From Paramecium tetraurelia (Eukaryota): a DNA stretch of 64,000 nucleotides. The notes beneath the pieces are model-generated. The model made no database searches, was not told where the DNA came from, and worked only from the letters and a program-made list of their open reading frames with translations. The stretch is taken from NCBI GenBank assembly GCA_000165425.1, contig CT868036.1, forward strand, positions 1 to 64,000, written 5' to 3'. Positions 13,471 to 26,300 of this stretch are shown here, one piece after another; positions within the stretch are counted from its first letter, which is position 1; each line of letters opens with the position of its first letter. Position numbers and translations under genes: made by a program.

Positions 13471-15678
13471 ATGAAAATAGTTTAAGATAAATAAATTTGT
13501 TAGGAACATGGAAAAAAATTTTTGTTTGTTGAAACATCTCTGACAACTTCGAAACTAAAGAAACTTTGCGAAAAATGTATTCTTTAATAAAATCGGAGTC
13601 TAATTGCATGGGAGAATGTAGAATATAAGTATTATAATTTAACTTCGAAAATTGCAAAGGAATCTCAAACTAAAATAGCAAATAATACATTCATTTTTAA
13701 ATAGCTCAAAGACAGCTTATTAACATTTTATGCTAAATTCTCTTCATAATTAGAATAATTTAGTTCATAATTATAATAGTATGAGAATTTTATAATACGA
13801 CAGAAAGTAGATATCTCCCATGATTTTACAATAGAAGCAATTCAAAATATCAGCAAGTAGTTGTCAACCTAAAATTAAAATCTTAAGTAAATAAAATAAT
13901 CAATATTGAATTAACTAAAAAACTTTTATTTCCAAGATTTTCAGAATCAAACTCAAAACCTTTTAGATTAAATTAGCTATTGGAAGGCCGACTCAGAGTA
14001 AGTAATCGAGAAATAACTTTTCGAGGAGCTTGAAATTTGCAAAAGTCCAACTAATTATGATTGGAGATGCAAAAAGCATGATAAAGATATAATATTTGCT
14101 GATTTGAATTTAAAATAAACTGTACCAACTAGGTTAGCTTGCTTTGATTGTTTATCGGAATATTAATCTTTATTTACTGAGTTAAAATAGTTTTAATTAA
14201 GATGGGAAAACCATGCCATATAAATAAAAGAGGAAATTATTTATAAATAGAATATATTGTAGGCAGATTTAAAAAACAAATAAAATCTGCTGTGTTAATT
14301 AGAAGAAGAATTCTAAGTAAAAGTTAATTCGATTAAAAGCGAGTTGGAAAAAATTAGTACTAAAAAATAGATTGATTCACAACTCTACCTTATGAATAAA
14401 GAATGGAGTTCTTTAAGCTTAGAAGAACTATCTTAAATAGCTGATTTATTATCCTAAAATTAGCTAAGTACTTCAGAGGAAGAATAGAAATCTAAAATAC
14501 AAGATTAACAAATAAATGAAAAAATTAATAATACTTACTAATAGTTAAACGACTTAATCAAAAATTGTTTCAATACTATTTTGTAGGAAAACTTTAATCT
14601 CAAAGAGGAAAACCTTTCTAGTATCACAAATGAAGAGAGCAACAACTAAGAATTTGAGGAATATATCATTCAGCAACAAACAAATCATAATTAATTAAAC
14701 ATAAATAATTTCTAAAATGATAATTCAGCTTAAGATCAAGTTACAGCAGCTGTTTTTGATAGCAATAGTAAAGTTTTTATAGTTGGTTACTCATCTGGGA
14801 TTATTTAAGTTTTTACATCTAATGATAAGATATTGATAGTTAACGAAAAATTAAAGCAACATAAGGGTGCTATCCATAGTCTTTGTTTTTTAAAAGATTC
14901 TAAATCTTTTTTATCTGGTAGTTAAGATGAAACAATTAAAATATGGTGTCAAAAGAATTAAGGATTTTAGATCGAAAGTGATTTAATAGAAATAGGTTAT
15001 GGGAGTGTCTATTGCACTATTATGAATAAAAAATAAAATCTTTTAATAGCTGGATGTGAATTATCTTTAGTATTTTGGGATAAAATAGAAAATAGATGGA
15101 AATAAAAATAGACCTTAGAATTGTAAAATAAATCAGTTAGAAGTTTGAGTTTGAATGCTTCAACACAAATACTTGTTTGCTCATTTTAAAGTTGTTCTTA
15201 AATAGATGTATATTGGTATTAAAATCATATATGGGAGATAAAATAAAGAATTGAAATTAAAGAAATGCCTTCTAGCGTTTGTATAATAAATGATTTTATT
15301 TTTACTTGTCAAGTCATTAAGAAAAATGCTCTATATGTATTTAAAAAAGAATAAAAGACCTTTACTAAAAAGGAAGAAATTAAGATGGTTGTTGGGGAAA
15401 ATTTCAAATAGTATTAGCCTTAGTAATTTGTTGTTTCTAAATAGATTTTACTTAACATAATAGGAAATACAATTAATCTATTAAAAATAATAGGGAAGGA
15501 AACTTGTATATTAGAATAAACAATTTAATTTTAAAATAACGATATTTTTGCCACATTGTCTGAGAGTGGTGAACATCTAGTTACATGGGAAAAAAAATCA
15601 TAAAAGTTTTAATTATGGAAACTAGAGAACAAAATAAAATTCATTAGAGCAGATAATGGTACAGGATAATAGGAATGA
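13471..15678 (+). CDS. WD40-repeat protein with two N-terminal C-x2-H...C-x2-C (B-box-like) Zn-binding/coiled-coil modules
   Basis: Single table-6 frame, MKIVQDKQICQEHGKK...LCEKC, then WRCKKHDKD...LACFDC. C-terminal WD40s such as KQHKGAIHSLCFLKDSKSFLSGSQDETIKIW. TGA at 15676. Confidence 0.8.
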
Positions 15679-16697
15679 TATCTTTAATTAACATTCAATA
15701 ATATATGGCAATATATATAATCTTAAGACATTAAAATATAAATTAATATAAAAAAACATTAAAATAAGATATATATTTTTTTTAATGGAAAATAATTGAA
15801 CTTAATTATTGAAATCTTGGTTATTCTAAAGATCATAATAAATTTAGGATTTTCAGTTTTAAATTATCAAAGTCCATAATATATATAAAATAAAGGAGAT
15901 ATTACCGTTTCATAATTATTTTCAAATCTATTAATTACTTGAATTTTGTAAATAATATGTGAAATAAAATTCTTTATAGTTAATTGCTAAGGGACTGATC
16001 TGATGTATAAGCAATATCTATGATCTAAACTTATTTATTCTGAATTTCCTTAATATCTTTTGTATTTTAATTATATTCTTTCAAAAACCTGAAACAGATT
16101 GTTGTAATTGATTGCACTCCATTTATGGTTCAACTTCTATTTTTTTACGAAAAGGATTAATATTTTATGATCACATTTATTCTAAAATTAAATTAGGCTC
16201 ATTAAATTATGTTTATCTGATGAGATTAATTTCATACTTAAATAAAAGTATAGAAATCAAGTTGTAATAAGAGAATAACAGGAAATTGAATATAAAATAC
16301 CCCTGAATTTAATGGAAAAGAAATAGAGTATTTTTAAATGTAAATTTGCCCTTTTTGTGTTGCTGGTAAGGTAAAAATTATTTGGCATTAAAAATCACAT
16401 ATAATAATTATTACGATATATTTATAATATGACTTTATACACTAAAATTCAATCTCTATGTTTTCCTAATTACATATATGCAACTGGTTTATGAACATTG
16501 AAGCATTCTGAAAATCTTTCTAGCATCTATTTGCATAGTTTCATATCAACATTTGTATTGGAAATATCCATGCATTCCTAGATGTTGAGGTATTAATACT
16601 TCAATTTTGGGATATTTTTCTTTGCATTTTGCCTCTGCAGCTTCATAAGCTAACAAATGATTATTAGGCTTTAATTTAGAAGTATTGCTCATTAATA

Positions 16698-19153
16698 ATG
16701 AAAATATTAATTACTCTGATAGTGACATAATCTATATCAACTATCATAGGTTTTACGGAATTTAAGGAACCATAAGAAGTGATAGCATTGGCCTTGGAAC
16801 TTTTTGGATTGGCAATGTTGTTGCTTTTAAGCAGGATGAAATATTCTGAGTTGATTTAGAGAATACTGCTTATATGCTTGGCAACGATAATATTTGTATT
16901 AATGCCGAATTCTCAGTTTAAATTTTATAGTGGAGTTTATCATATAGTGCTTCGCCATTCACAACAAAAGCAATTAAATAGGGGTTTACTTTTAGAATGG
17001 TTGGGTAAAAACTGAATAAATAATGATTTAGTCTTACTTCTGGTCATACTAATATTTGGAACATCTCTGGAGATAGAACAAATTTGTAGAAGTGTGTTTG
17101 CAGGAATAGCAATAATGTTAATGCAATGTTTTAAGTACCAAGATTAACTTCAAAAAGAGGCAAATAAACAATAAATAATGATACAATCTAAAATAAACTA
17201 TACAATGGCCAACAATGATGGGTCGAACCCAAGGAACATTGGAGAGCGGATAGTGGATCCAAAAGTGACTTCGTTATTTTTGGATGAGAATTACAATGTT
17301 TTAGACTTTTAGAGATCGAGTGCTGTTTATAAATTGACAGATGGGGATGTGTAAAATCTACTGTAGGAATTGCACATAAATAAAATTGACTAAAAATCAA
17401 AGTAGTTATTGCCTTGGAAATGCAATTAAATTTCATTAAAATATTTCTTAGACTCAGTTAAAAATAATGCCATCCCAATGGTTATTTAAGTTATTGACTA
17501 CACTCATCCTAAGTTAGAGAATCATATAATTAAAATCATTTATTAGAATGATTTCGAAATCCAATTTTATGATGTCGAAGAAATAGATAAATATAAAAAG
17601 AGAAATTATGTTTATGCAATTTTAAAATAATTATTTAATACTATGTCACATGAATTTGGAACATCTCTGAATTATTTACTGGCTTTATCCTAAGTAGCAA
17701 TAGATAAATATAATGACGTAGAGTTATAATCTTACTTTTAACCTATTAAAGCTACTGGACTAATAATGTACCATTTCGTGTTAGACATGATTGATTTTAA
17801 TGCTCTATTGGGAAAGAAGCTAGAATTATATTTTGAAAAAATAGATGTAAGATATTTCTGATAATATTAAAGATTGTTGAAATTCTCTATGAAATTAAAA
17901 GTATTTTTTCTCATTCTTTAGAATAAAAAGGATTAACAATAAACTTTGATGTATTTCTTAATGAAAAAACAATCTTTACTGATAGAAGAAGACTAAAATA
18001 AATCTTAATAACCTTGATTTCCAATGCTCAAAAATTTACTTTCAAAGGTGGTATTCGATTGGTAGTTAAATCAGTTGAAAAGTATGTCCAATTCGAAGTT
18101 ATCGATACAGGTATTGGACTCTCAACATCTGAATTGGAAATTCTAACAGATGTACTTAAAACTGATTACAAAAACGAATAATAAATATCTAAAAATACAG
18201 CTGGATTTGGTTTGGGAAGTTATCTATGTAATAAAATTGCAATGAGTCTTTCAAATCTAAAGTACGAAGATGGAGGAGGAATTAGATATTCAAACAATTA
18301 AGGTGAAATTGGTACCATGGTAACATTCAAGATCCTTAATGAATAATTGAATTATAATTTTGTTTCTTCATAAGATAATTCGAGCGGCATAATAAAAATA
18401 GGGAAAAATGTGATCGTCGATTTAAAACAATCATAAATTGAATTAAGTTTAAGTGGACTGAAAAAACCATTGACTAAGAGATTTAGTACTGTAATGGTAC
18501 CAAAAGTAAAAAGCTTTCATGATGATTAACATAGAGAGCATTCTTATTTCAAATAACCTACAAAAGACTGTTTTTAAGGAATGTAAATGTAGTACACAAA
18601 AATAGATTCAGATAGTGTAAACGAAGAAACTAATGAAGAGGATTATCAAAAAAGATTATAAATTCAAAATCTTAAACTTCGTTATTATCCTAGTGATATA
18701 CTTCGTGAACTAAGATAACAATCAGTTGGAATAAGTGAACATTATGTTCTTGATTGCAAGTGTAAGACCATTCTAATTGTTGATGATGAAATGATTAATA
18801 TTTTGGGATTGTAATTGATGTTGAAGTCTTTGTTTTTTGAGGCTGATCATGCCTTTAATGGATTGGAAGCAATCAAAATGTTAGAATAAGGTATTTTTAA
18901 ATTCTATTCTAAAGCTCATTGCATGTATAGTATAATTTTTATGGATATCAATATGCCAATTATGGATGGTTATGTGACAACAAAAGCAATTTTAAATAAA
19001 TACAAAGCTGGTTCACCTAAAATCATTGCCTGTACTGCATTTACTGATAGTCAAACAAGATAAGGATGTTATGAAGTGGGAATGTCTCATTTCATTAACA
19101 AGCCTGTAGATAAAACTGAACTTCAAAAATTGCTGTGCTATCTAATAAATTGA
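16698..19153 (+). CDS. Membrane-anchored hybrid sensor histidine kinase (TM segments, HisKA, HATPase_c, receiver)
   Basis: H-box MSHEFGTSLN at 17643; N-box QILNNLISNAQKFT; G1 EVIDTGIG; G2 GFGLG; receiver ILIVDDE...IIFMDINMPIMDG...IIACTA...FINKPV; hydrophobic N-terminus; several tiny introns. The start codon is approximate. Confidence 0.88.
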
Positions 19154-19180
19154 TCTTTAGTATAATATATTTTATAAATT

Positions 19181-19906
19181 TCATTACTCTCTTATCCTTG
19201 ACTTTAGCTCACATGTGGCTAAAGCAACACTAAAAGCTGTCACAAAATTTATAGGTGCCCTAAAATCCACTATGAACACTCCTGTTTAAATCTTACCCAT
19301 TTTAAGGACCTATTTCTTCTCCTCATTGCAGTGCAAACCTAACAAAAAATTCCTTTTGCTAGCTTTTTCCATTCTTTCTGAATCCTGCATATGCCACAGT
19401 CTATTCTTCGAATTATATATTGGAGGAATAGTTGAAATGTAATCACAACCTTATGGATAGTAATCTGCATCAAACAGTACAGGCACTGTCTTTATTTTTT
19501 CATGAGTAATCAACAAACGCATTCGATTATATGATTCAGCATAATTATTACAATGGATTATCTTGACTACAGAAATCAATTCATTAGGTCTCTTCCAAAG
19601 ACTGAAAACATCATCTTAAATTTTCAAGGTCCATTAGAAATTCTCCTTATCAAATTATGAATCTGATGGATCTCTTGTGTAAATTTGCCAAATATTTTTG
19701 TATTTTTTCGCATACATGTAAAGTGAGTAATCTTCCTTAAAAATCATGCATTCATCATTTTTTTAATTATACTTATGAAATTGGCAATATTGAAGCTCTG
19801 AAGGAATTTCAGAGTATAAACTCATATTTTACCCGAATCCTTGTTCAATTAAATCCATTAAATCTAACTTTGGCATTTTCAGAGTCTATAGTGGTAAAGG
19901 CAGCAT
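19181..19906 (-). CDS. Tubby C-terminal-domain protein (divergent)
   Basis: Intronless 241-aa frame ending ...ERMEKASKRNFLL...VLKMGKIQTGVFIVDFRAPINFVTAFSVALATCELK, resembling the Tubby signature (ASVKNFQ...LQFGK...F.MDYRYPL...QAFAIALSSFD.K). Confidence 0.7.
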
Positions 19907-20452
19907 TATAATTTATTATAAAAATTTAATAATTGACCACATACGAATTATTCCCTTTCAAATATTTTTCTATTTTGTGGCAATATTATATATCACAAAC
20001 TCTCAATTGTGACCACGAAGTGAATCAAAAGGTTTTCTTACTTTGAATATTGATTTATGGTTTAAATTAATTTATATCAAAATATGGGAGGACTTTATTA
20101 TTTAAATTTGTGATTCTCAAAATGATGAATTCCCCCATTCACAAACGAAAAATTAAACTTTAATGACATGTATTTCACAATTAAATACTGCATTAGAGTA
20201 GACTATAACATTTTTTATTTTTCAATAATATTAATGGTATTTCTGGGGTTGTGGATTTTTTTATTATTGAGCGTAAAATCCATTCTGCAGTGCGATCTCA
20301 AGTATTTTAGAGGGTGTCTAAGGGAATTCAGGACAAGTTTATTGTCTAGCATTGTTATTAAATATTCCTTTTGAACCAATCATATTCAAGTATATCAGAT
20401 TTAAAACCCCCCTCATAATACAAATTCAAAATTAAATAAAAATATAAATATA

Positions 20453-20875
<423 letters not shown>

Positions 20876-21399
20876 TTAATGAATCCTTATAAATTCAATT
20901 AAATTAGTAATTATAACAAAACAAAATTGTGTATTTTTCAACCAATTGCATCTCTTAATTCAATAAGAGGAGAGATATAAGCAAATATTACATTATTCTA
21001 TTTCATTTTTAAATATAGATTATGTATATTAAATATAATTCCTATATTGATGTATTAATAGAACCGTAATAATGAGAATCTATTATTGATTAACAACCAT
21101 TAATTTCTTCTGTTTTAATCAACATGTTGAAATTTAATTCTTTTTTGAATTTAATTTCAATATATTTATAAATAGAATTCATAATTAATGATCTGATTGT
21201 ATTAATGATTAAAATTGTAATGTAGACTGAATCAATAAATCATTTCTGAAAGTACTTATAAAAATTATTTAATCAAAATTTAAGTTTTAAAATAACTAAT
21301 GTTAACATTAATGAAACTTGTTATTTGTGATCAATTTATTTTAGATGGTATTAAGTGGCAATTAAATTAAAATAGTGAAAGTAATATTTGTAATTTATA

Positions 21400-23311
21400 A
21401 TAATAAATTGAAATTTGGACAAGTTGAAAGAGATGTATAAATGTATTCAATGTCAATATCTTTATTTCTTTTTCAATTTCAAACCGGCTGTAATAGAAAC
21501 CTTATTATTTTTATGCCAGGAGTTTGTCATTTTTACTAATTGTGTATATATTTGATCAAATGTAGACATGGTATTGTCTACCCACTAATGCATTATTATC
21601 AATATGAATACTTCAATTTATTTTTCAAATAAATCCTTCATTTCTTCTCGTTTATATGTTGGATAAATTAAAGGCTCAAGTGTAGTTTTCAAAAAGGTTT
21701 TTTCCTGTGTAGTCTTTGGGTCAGGTATTATCTTAAAATTATTCAATTAATATATACTTTAAGAGGACCTTGAGGTCGAGGATTAATTTTCAAATCATTA
21801 CTCAAGTGATTCTAGTTATTCTCCAATATCTTTATTTCTCTAAACTCTCCAACTACTAATTCTTATAGCACAGAGACAATGATTAAAGAATTAGATTCTA
21901 AAATTGAACTTTTGCTGATATTGCTCACTCCCAAAGTCCATGGTGCATATAATATTGTGAATCCCAACAATCTAATCATAATGAAAAATGCCAGGACCAT
22001 TTTTTATTATGGATTCTTGATATTCTTAATGGCTCCGAAAGAATTGAATTCTAATCTTTAAACTTCAAAGTTAAAAAAATATTAATCTGGAGGGAATTAA
22101 AAGTTTTAAGTAAGTTAGGCAAGGAATGATAAAAACTCTGGTTTAAAACTGGATTCTTTCATATTATCAGATAAAATAATGGAAATCTTTTAAATAAACA
22201 ATTTGACTTTAGTAATCCTGTTCGTCTTTTCCTTATCAGATAGTTAATCGTTTTCCAACCAATTTAATGACTCTTTTTTGCTCCAAAATTAGTTTAAATC
22301 ATTTTCAGCAAAATTAAGTATCCAATCAGCCCCTTCCTCCATAGCTTAATTAACTATTTCTAAACCGTTCTCTTTGTTAGCCTAGAGCTTTTTCCTTTTC
22401 AAAATTTATCTCTTCATCTCTAAGAAATACATGAGAATAAATGTCAAAGCCTTCAACAAGATTTTCAAGTTCCTCTTTCCTCTTTTCCTTGATTTTGATT
22501 GTTGCATCTCAGGTTTTTTATTCACTTTGGTTTATTGCTATTCTGGTTTCTTAGTAGAGACGGTTTGTTGGAATTCAGGTTTTTTATTAAAAATGGTTAT
22601 TGGTTATTCTACTTCTTCTTAGATTGAGGGGAGATTTTAAGTTTGCCTTTGTTTTTCTCCATCTAAAGACTTTAAGGAATGAGAACTTTACTTTTAGGAA
22701 TGCTTTTTTTCAATAAGTTGTTTTCCTTCTTCCTAATACTGGTATTAATGTTATTAATTTTATTAATGTTTTCTTTTATGATGTTTCTCTTTATCACTGT
22801 AACTAGGTCTTTTATGTTGTGTTTCTTAAACATATTCGTATTCACTTGATTGTTGTGATTCTTTTTATCTCTATTCTTCTTCAAAATTCCATTAATTTAT
22901 TATTTCATTCCTTATCTTGATATTTTCTTCCAATTGTTGTTTTGATTGCAAATTCAAACCATTGTGATCCTCAATAATCTCATCTGGTTAATTATAATTA
23001 TAAAACCTGTTCTTTTGGACTGGTTAGAATAGACTCTAACTTAAATACTGAGGACCCTAAAAAACAGGCGAATTCTTATATATTGGACCTGCAATAAATA
23101 TAGGCTGCACATGAGGAGTAAACACTTATGATGAGAACATTTTGTTGTATTGATAATTATCATAGTATTATTATTGCATCAAAACTGGGTAATCTGGTTT
23201 TGGATATCCAATGTTTCCATAGAAGTCTATGCTTTACATCCCAGCAGTCTTAAATGGATTCTATTGAGGTTGGTTAGGATGATAATTGGGACTGGAGAAT
23301 TCTCGAAACAT
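21400..23311 (-). CDS. Hypothetical protein (low-complexity Q/P-rich N-terminus, globular C-terminal half)
   Basis: Long open table-6 frame from ATG 23311 (MFREFSSPNYHPNQPQQNPF...) with tiny introns near 21735-21760 and possibly ~21585-21610. The 3' end is uncertain. Confidence 0.65.
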
Positions 23312-23360
23312 AACAATATTATTTTTATACAAAGTATTAATTAATAAAAATTAAAAATGA

Positions 23361-26300
23361 TCATGAATTGCCTTAGTCTGGATTATTTTTCTTAAGGAAC
23401 TCCTTGGGGATTCTATCACTCGTCGTCTAAAAATAATTCAGATATTCAAATACCAATGTTTAAAATTAGTCCAACACCCTTTCAATAGGACTAAAGACCA
23501 CGTTTGCCACTTTTAATCCAATACCCTCAGTCATTGTGGTACACACTTCAATGGGCTTCTTGGCCAAATACACGATTTCATCTCCGAGTGCCTTAGCTAA
23601 TGGAATGGATCCTGAACACACTCCTGTAACTATTCCTTGTCTTATTATTGTCATAAACATAGTTTAGATTCTAATATACAATTTAATTGCTACCCCAGCA
23701 CTATATTGGTTACATTTTGGAAGGCTTTAAAGGAAAGAATCAATTTAGAAATTAATTGTGAATCATTCCTTATGAGATGTTGGTATTATTCAAACATAAA
23801 CTTGATGAGATCTCTTTCATTCTCAAACACCAAATTATGAATTTGAGCCCTCTTCAAGAATATAAATAAACTGTCATACGAAGTCAAACGAACTAACCCT
23901 TTCAATTTCCCATCCAATTTAACACCACTCCCATCGAATGTTATGTAGCAATAGACTCGTTCAATATTCAAAAAGTTGACTTTTATTGATTTTTCTACAT
24001 AATTTTATATTAGTACTTAACTCACTGATTCTGGAGAATGTCACTTAATAGCCTTCCTGCACACAGAATTCAATGATGGACTCTTTGTCATTTCCTACAT
24101 TTAATTTACTCAGCAAATCAATCTTCGGACTCAATTGTTCATTGCTGTTCATGGTTTCCTATAAAAACTCTAATGCCGCTCCAGAGACACAAACTCTTAT
24201 TGGAACAAATTTAGCCTCTAAATCAATAGTATTATTTTTTTTGTCAATCTAATAGAAGACATAGGCAAAATTCTATTCATCATGATTAGGTTCTTTACCA
24301 ATCAATTTAGAAAATTTTGAATTCTAGATCCTGTCTGCAATTTACAAATGCAATAAGGTCAAATAAAATTGATTGATTTCTTTTTATGAGGGTCCACAAC
24401 ATACTAGTTTCAATTCTTTCATACTAAATAGAATGGAACTGCATTGTTGATCATTTACTTGTGGAAACTCCTCTAATTGTAATAAATTTGAGTGTTCAAG
24501 GTAGTATTGTTCTTGATTATGCAACTAGCATTCCGTATTGAAAGGATTATTGTCACTAAACACTTCAGGGGGAAAATGTTAACCAACAGTCAATTTGATT
24601 TCAAAACTCTTGAGTGTTATTTCAAATTATTTTTCATTCGGAACGTTTTCTTTATTTGGTAGTTCAATTTCATCATCCTCAAAAATATTCATATTCTCAG
24701 AAGGATTGTATTAGTGTCCATCCTGCAGAAACCTAATTTATTTATCATTTTCTTATTCAGGAATAATCTTCTTTATCCTGTCTATAGTCATCGATGTAAT
24801 ATCCCATAAACTAATGATCGAATCCTTCTTGAGATTCCCACTTATTTGACCGATGTTGATGGTTTTCCCTGAGACTGTGACTCCTTTGATCTTGAATAAC
24901 TTCTAAAAACAAAGAAGTCTCAACAACCCTTACTCATCCTTGTCTATTTGGAACCCATCAGAGAACTTTCTATTTTCATCGAAGAGTCCAATTTGAGGAG
25001 GCACCAATAATATGGGATTTAAGAAGCTCAAATTAGCATGCTTGATTTCTTTGGATGTACTCTTCACGTATATTTATGCAGAACTCAAATGGGCTTGTAA
25101 ATCACTTGATACAGTGGCACTCTTGATTCTGAGTAGAACTCGGATCCAAGAGTAATATAACTACTCGGATTATATAGCAATTAATGATTTGATTGGTTCT
25201 TTCTTCTATAAGTACTATTTCAACAACGTTGACTTTCTGTATGTTGGTAAGTAATTCAGCCATATGTTTTGAACACTCAGTGTAAAATTGGGGATAGGTT
25301 TGGTTTGAGTTGCATTGCTCTTATTTAGGATTAAAGTTTATTCCCATTTCTTAGCTAAATCTATGATGGTTGTGATAGTGTCAATCCATTATTCATCTAC
25401 TTGGATGATCCCATGTTGGTATTGGATTTCGATTTTCTTATCTTTGTTGATTTTGATTGAAAGCAAATTAGTCTTGCCATACAAAGCATCCAAGCAATCT
25501 GGGTTTATGTACTTATTAGCTTTCAATTTGACAGTCGTATATTGAAAAGCCATATTTGGTTCTGATTTAATGGTTTCATTTTGCACTAGACTTTTGAACC
25601 CTTCTCTGTTGAAACGCTCTTATTTATAGAACAAGACTTAGTTGGCTTAATACTTTTATCTTCTAAAATGCAATATTTAAAAAGGCTATTCTGTTTTTGC
25701 ATCGTTGGGACTGCCATATATTGGGATATCTTGTTTTGGTCTCTTGGAATTCCAATTAGTATCAATGATCAGGCAATTGTATAATGTTAACATGATCTCA
25801 TCTTTGCCGATGATTTCTGCAGCCAACTTAGATGCATGTATAATAAATCTAGCTTGATGGGAATTGGCTTGTTATTCCAAATTAATCTTGACAATTATTT
25901 CATCGAAGAGTAATTTGATGATTTATTTATTCTCTTTTGATTCGTTACTCAGGGCCAGCAATCTCTTCTGAAAATCTTTAATGACTGTAAATAGTGTCTT
26001 TACATATTCCATGTAAGACATATTCACGAAAATCTCAACCTTAGGTATTGCCACTCTTACTTCCTTTGTCTCCATGAGTTTAATTATAGGTCTGATTAAA
26101 ATTTAGGCATGGTCTTGTGCTCCTATTTCAGCTATGGTTTCCTCTTGAAATTATGATTTGATTCTATCGTACTCCTTCTTCAAACAGGTGATTGAATTAA
26201 ACGTAATGAACCCAGAATTGGACTATTGTATTTGGAGATCAATAATATTGAAAGTGAAGAAAGAAATCTTCTATTATTAATGTATCACACTGCTGCTGTT

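Noticed and set aside
16429..16697. Earlier ATGs for the histidine kinase
   Set aside because: The early ATGs I followed run into a TGA before the kinase frame. ATG 16698 is the first in the open kinase frame, although an upstream exon cannot be excluded.
16698..19153. Bacterial origin or contamination suggested by the two-component kinase
   Set aside because: The gene uses TAA/TAG as Gln and has tiny spliceosomal introns, so it is a native ciliate gene.
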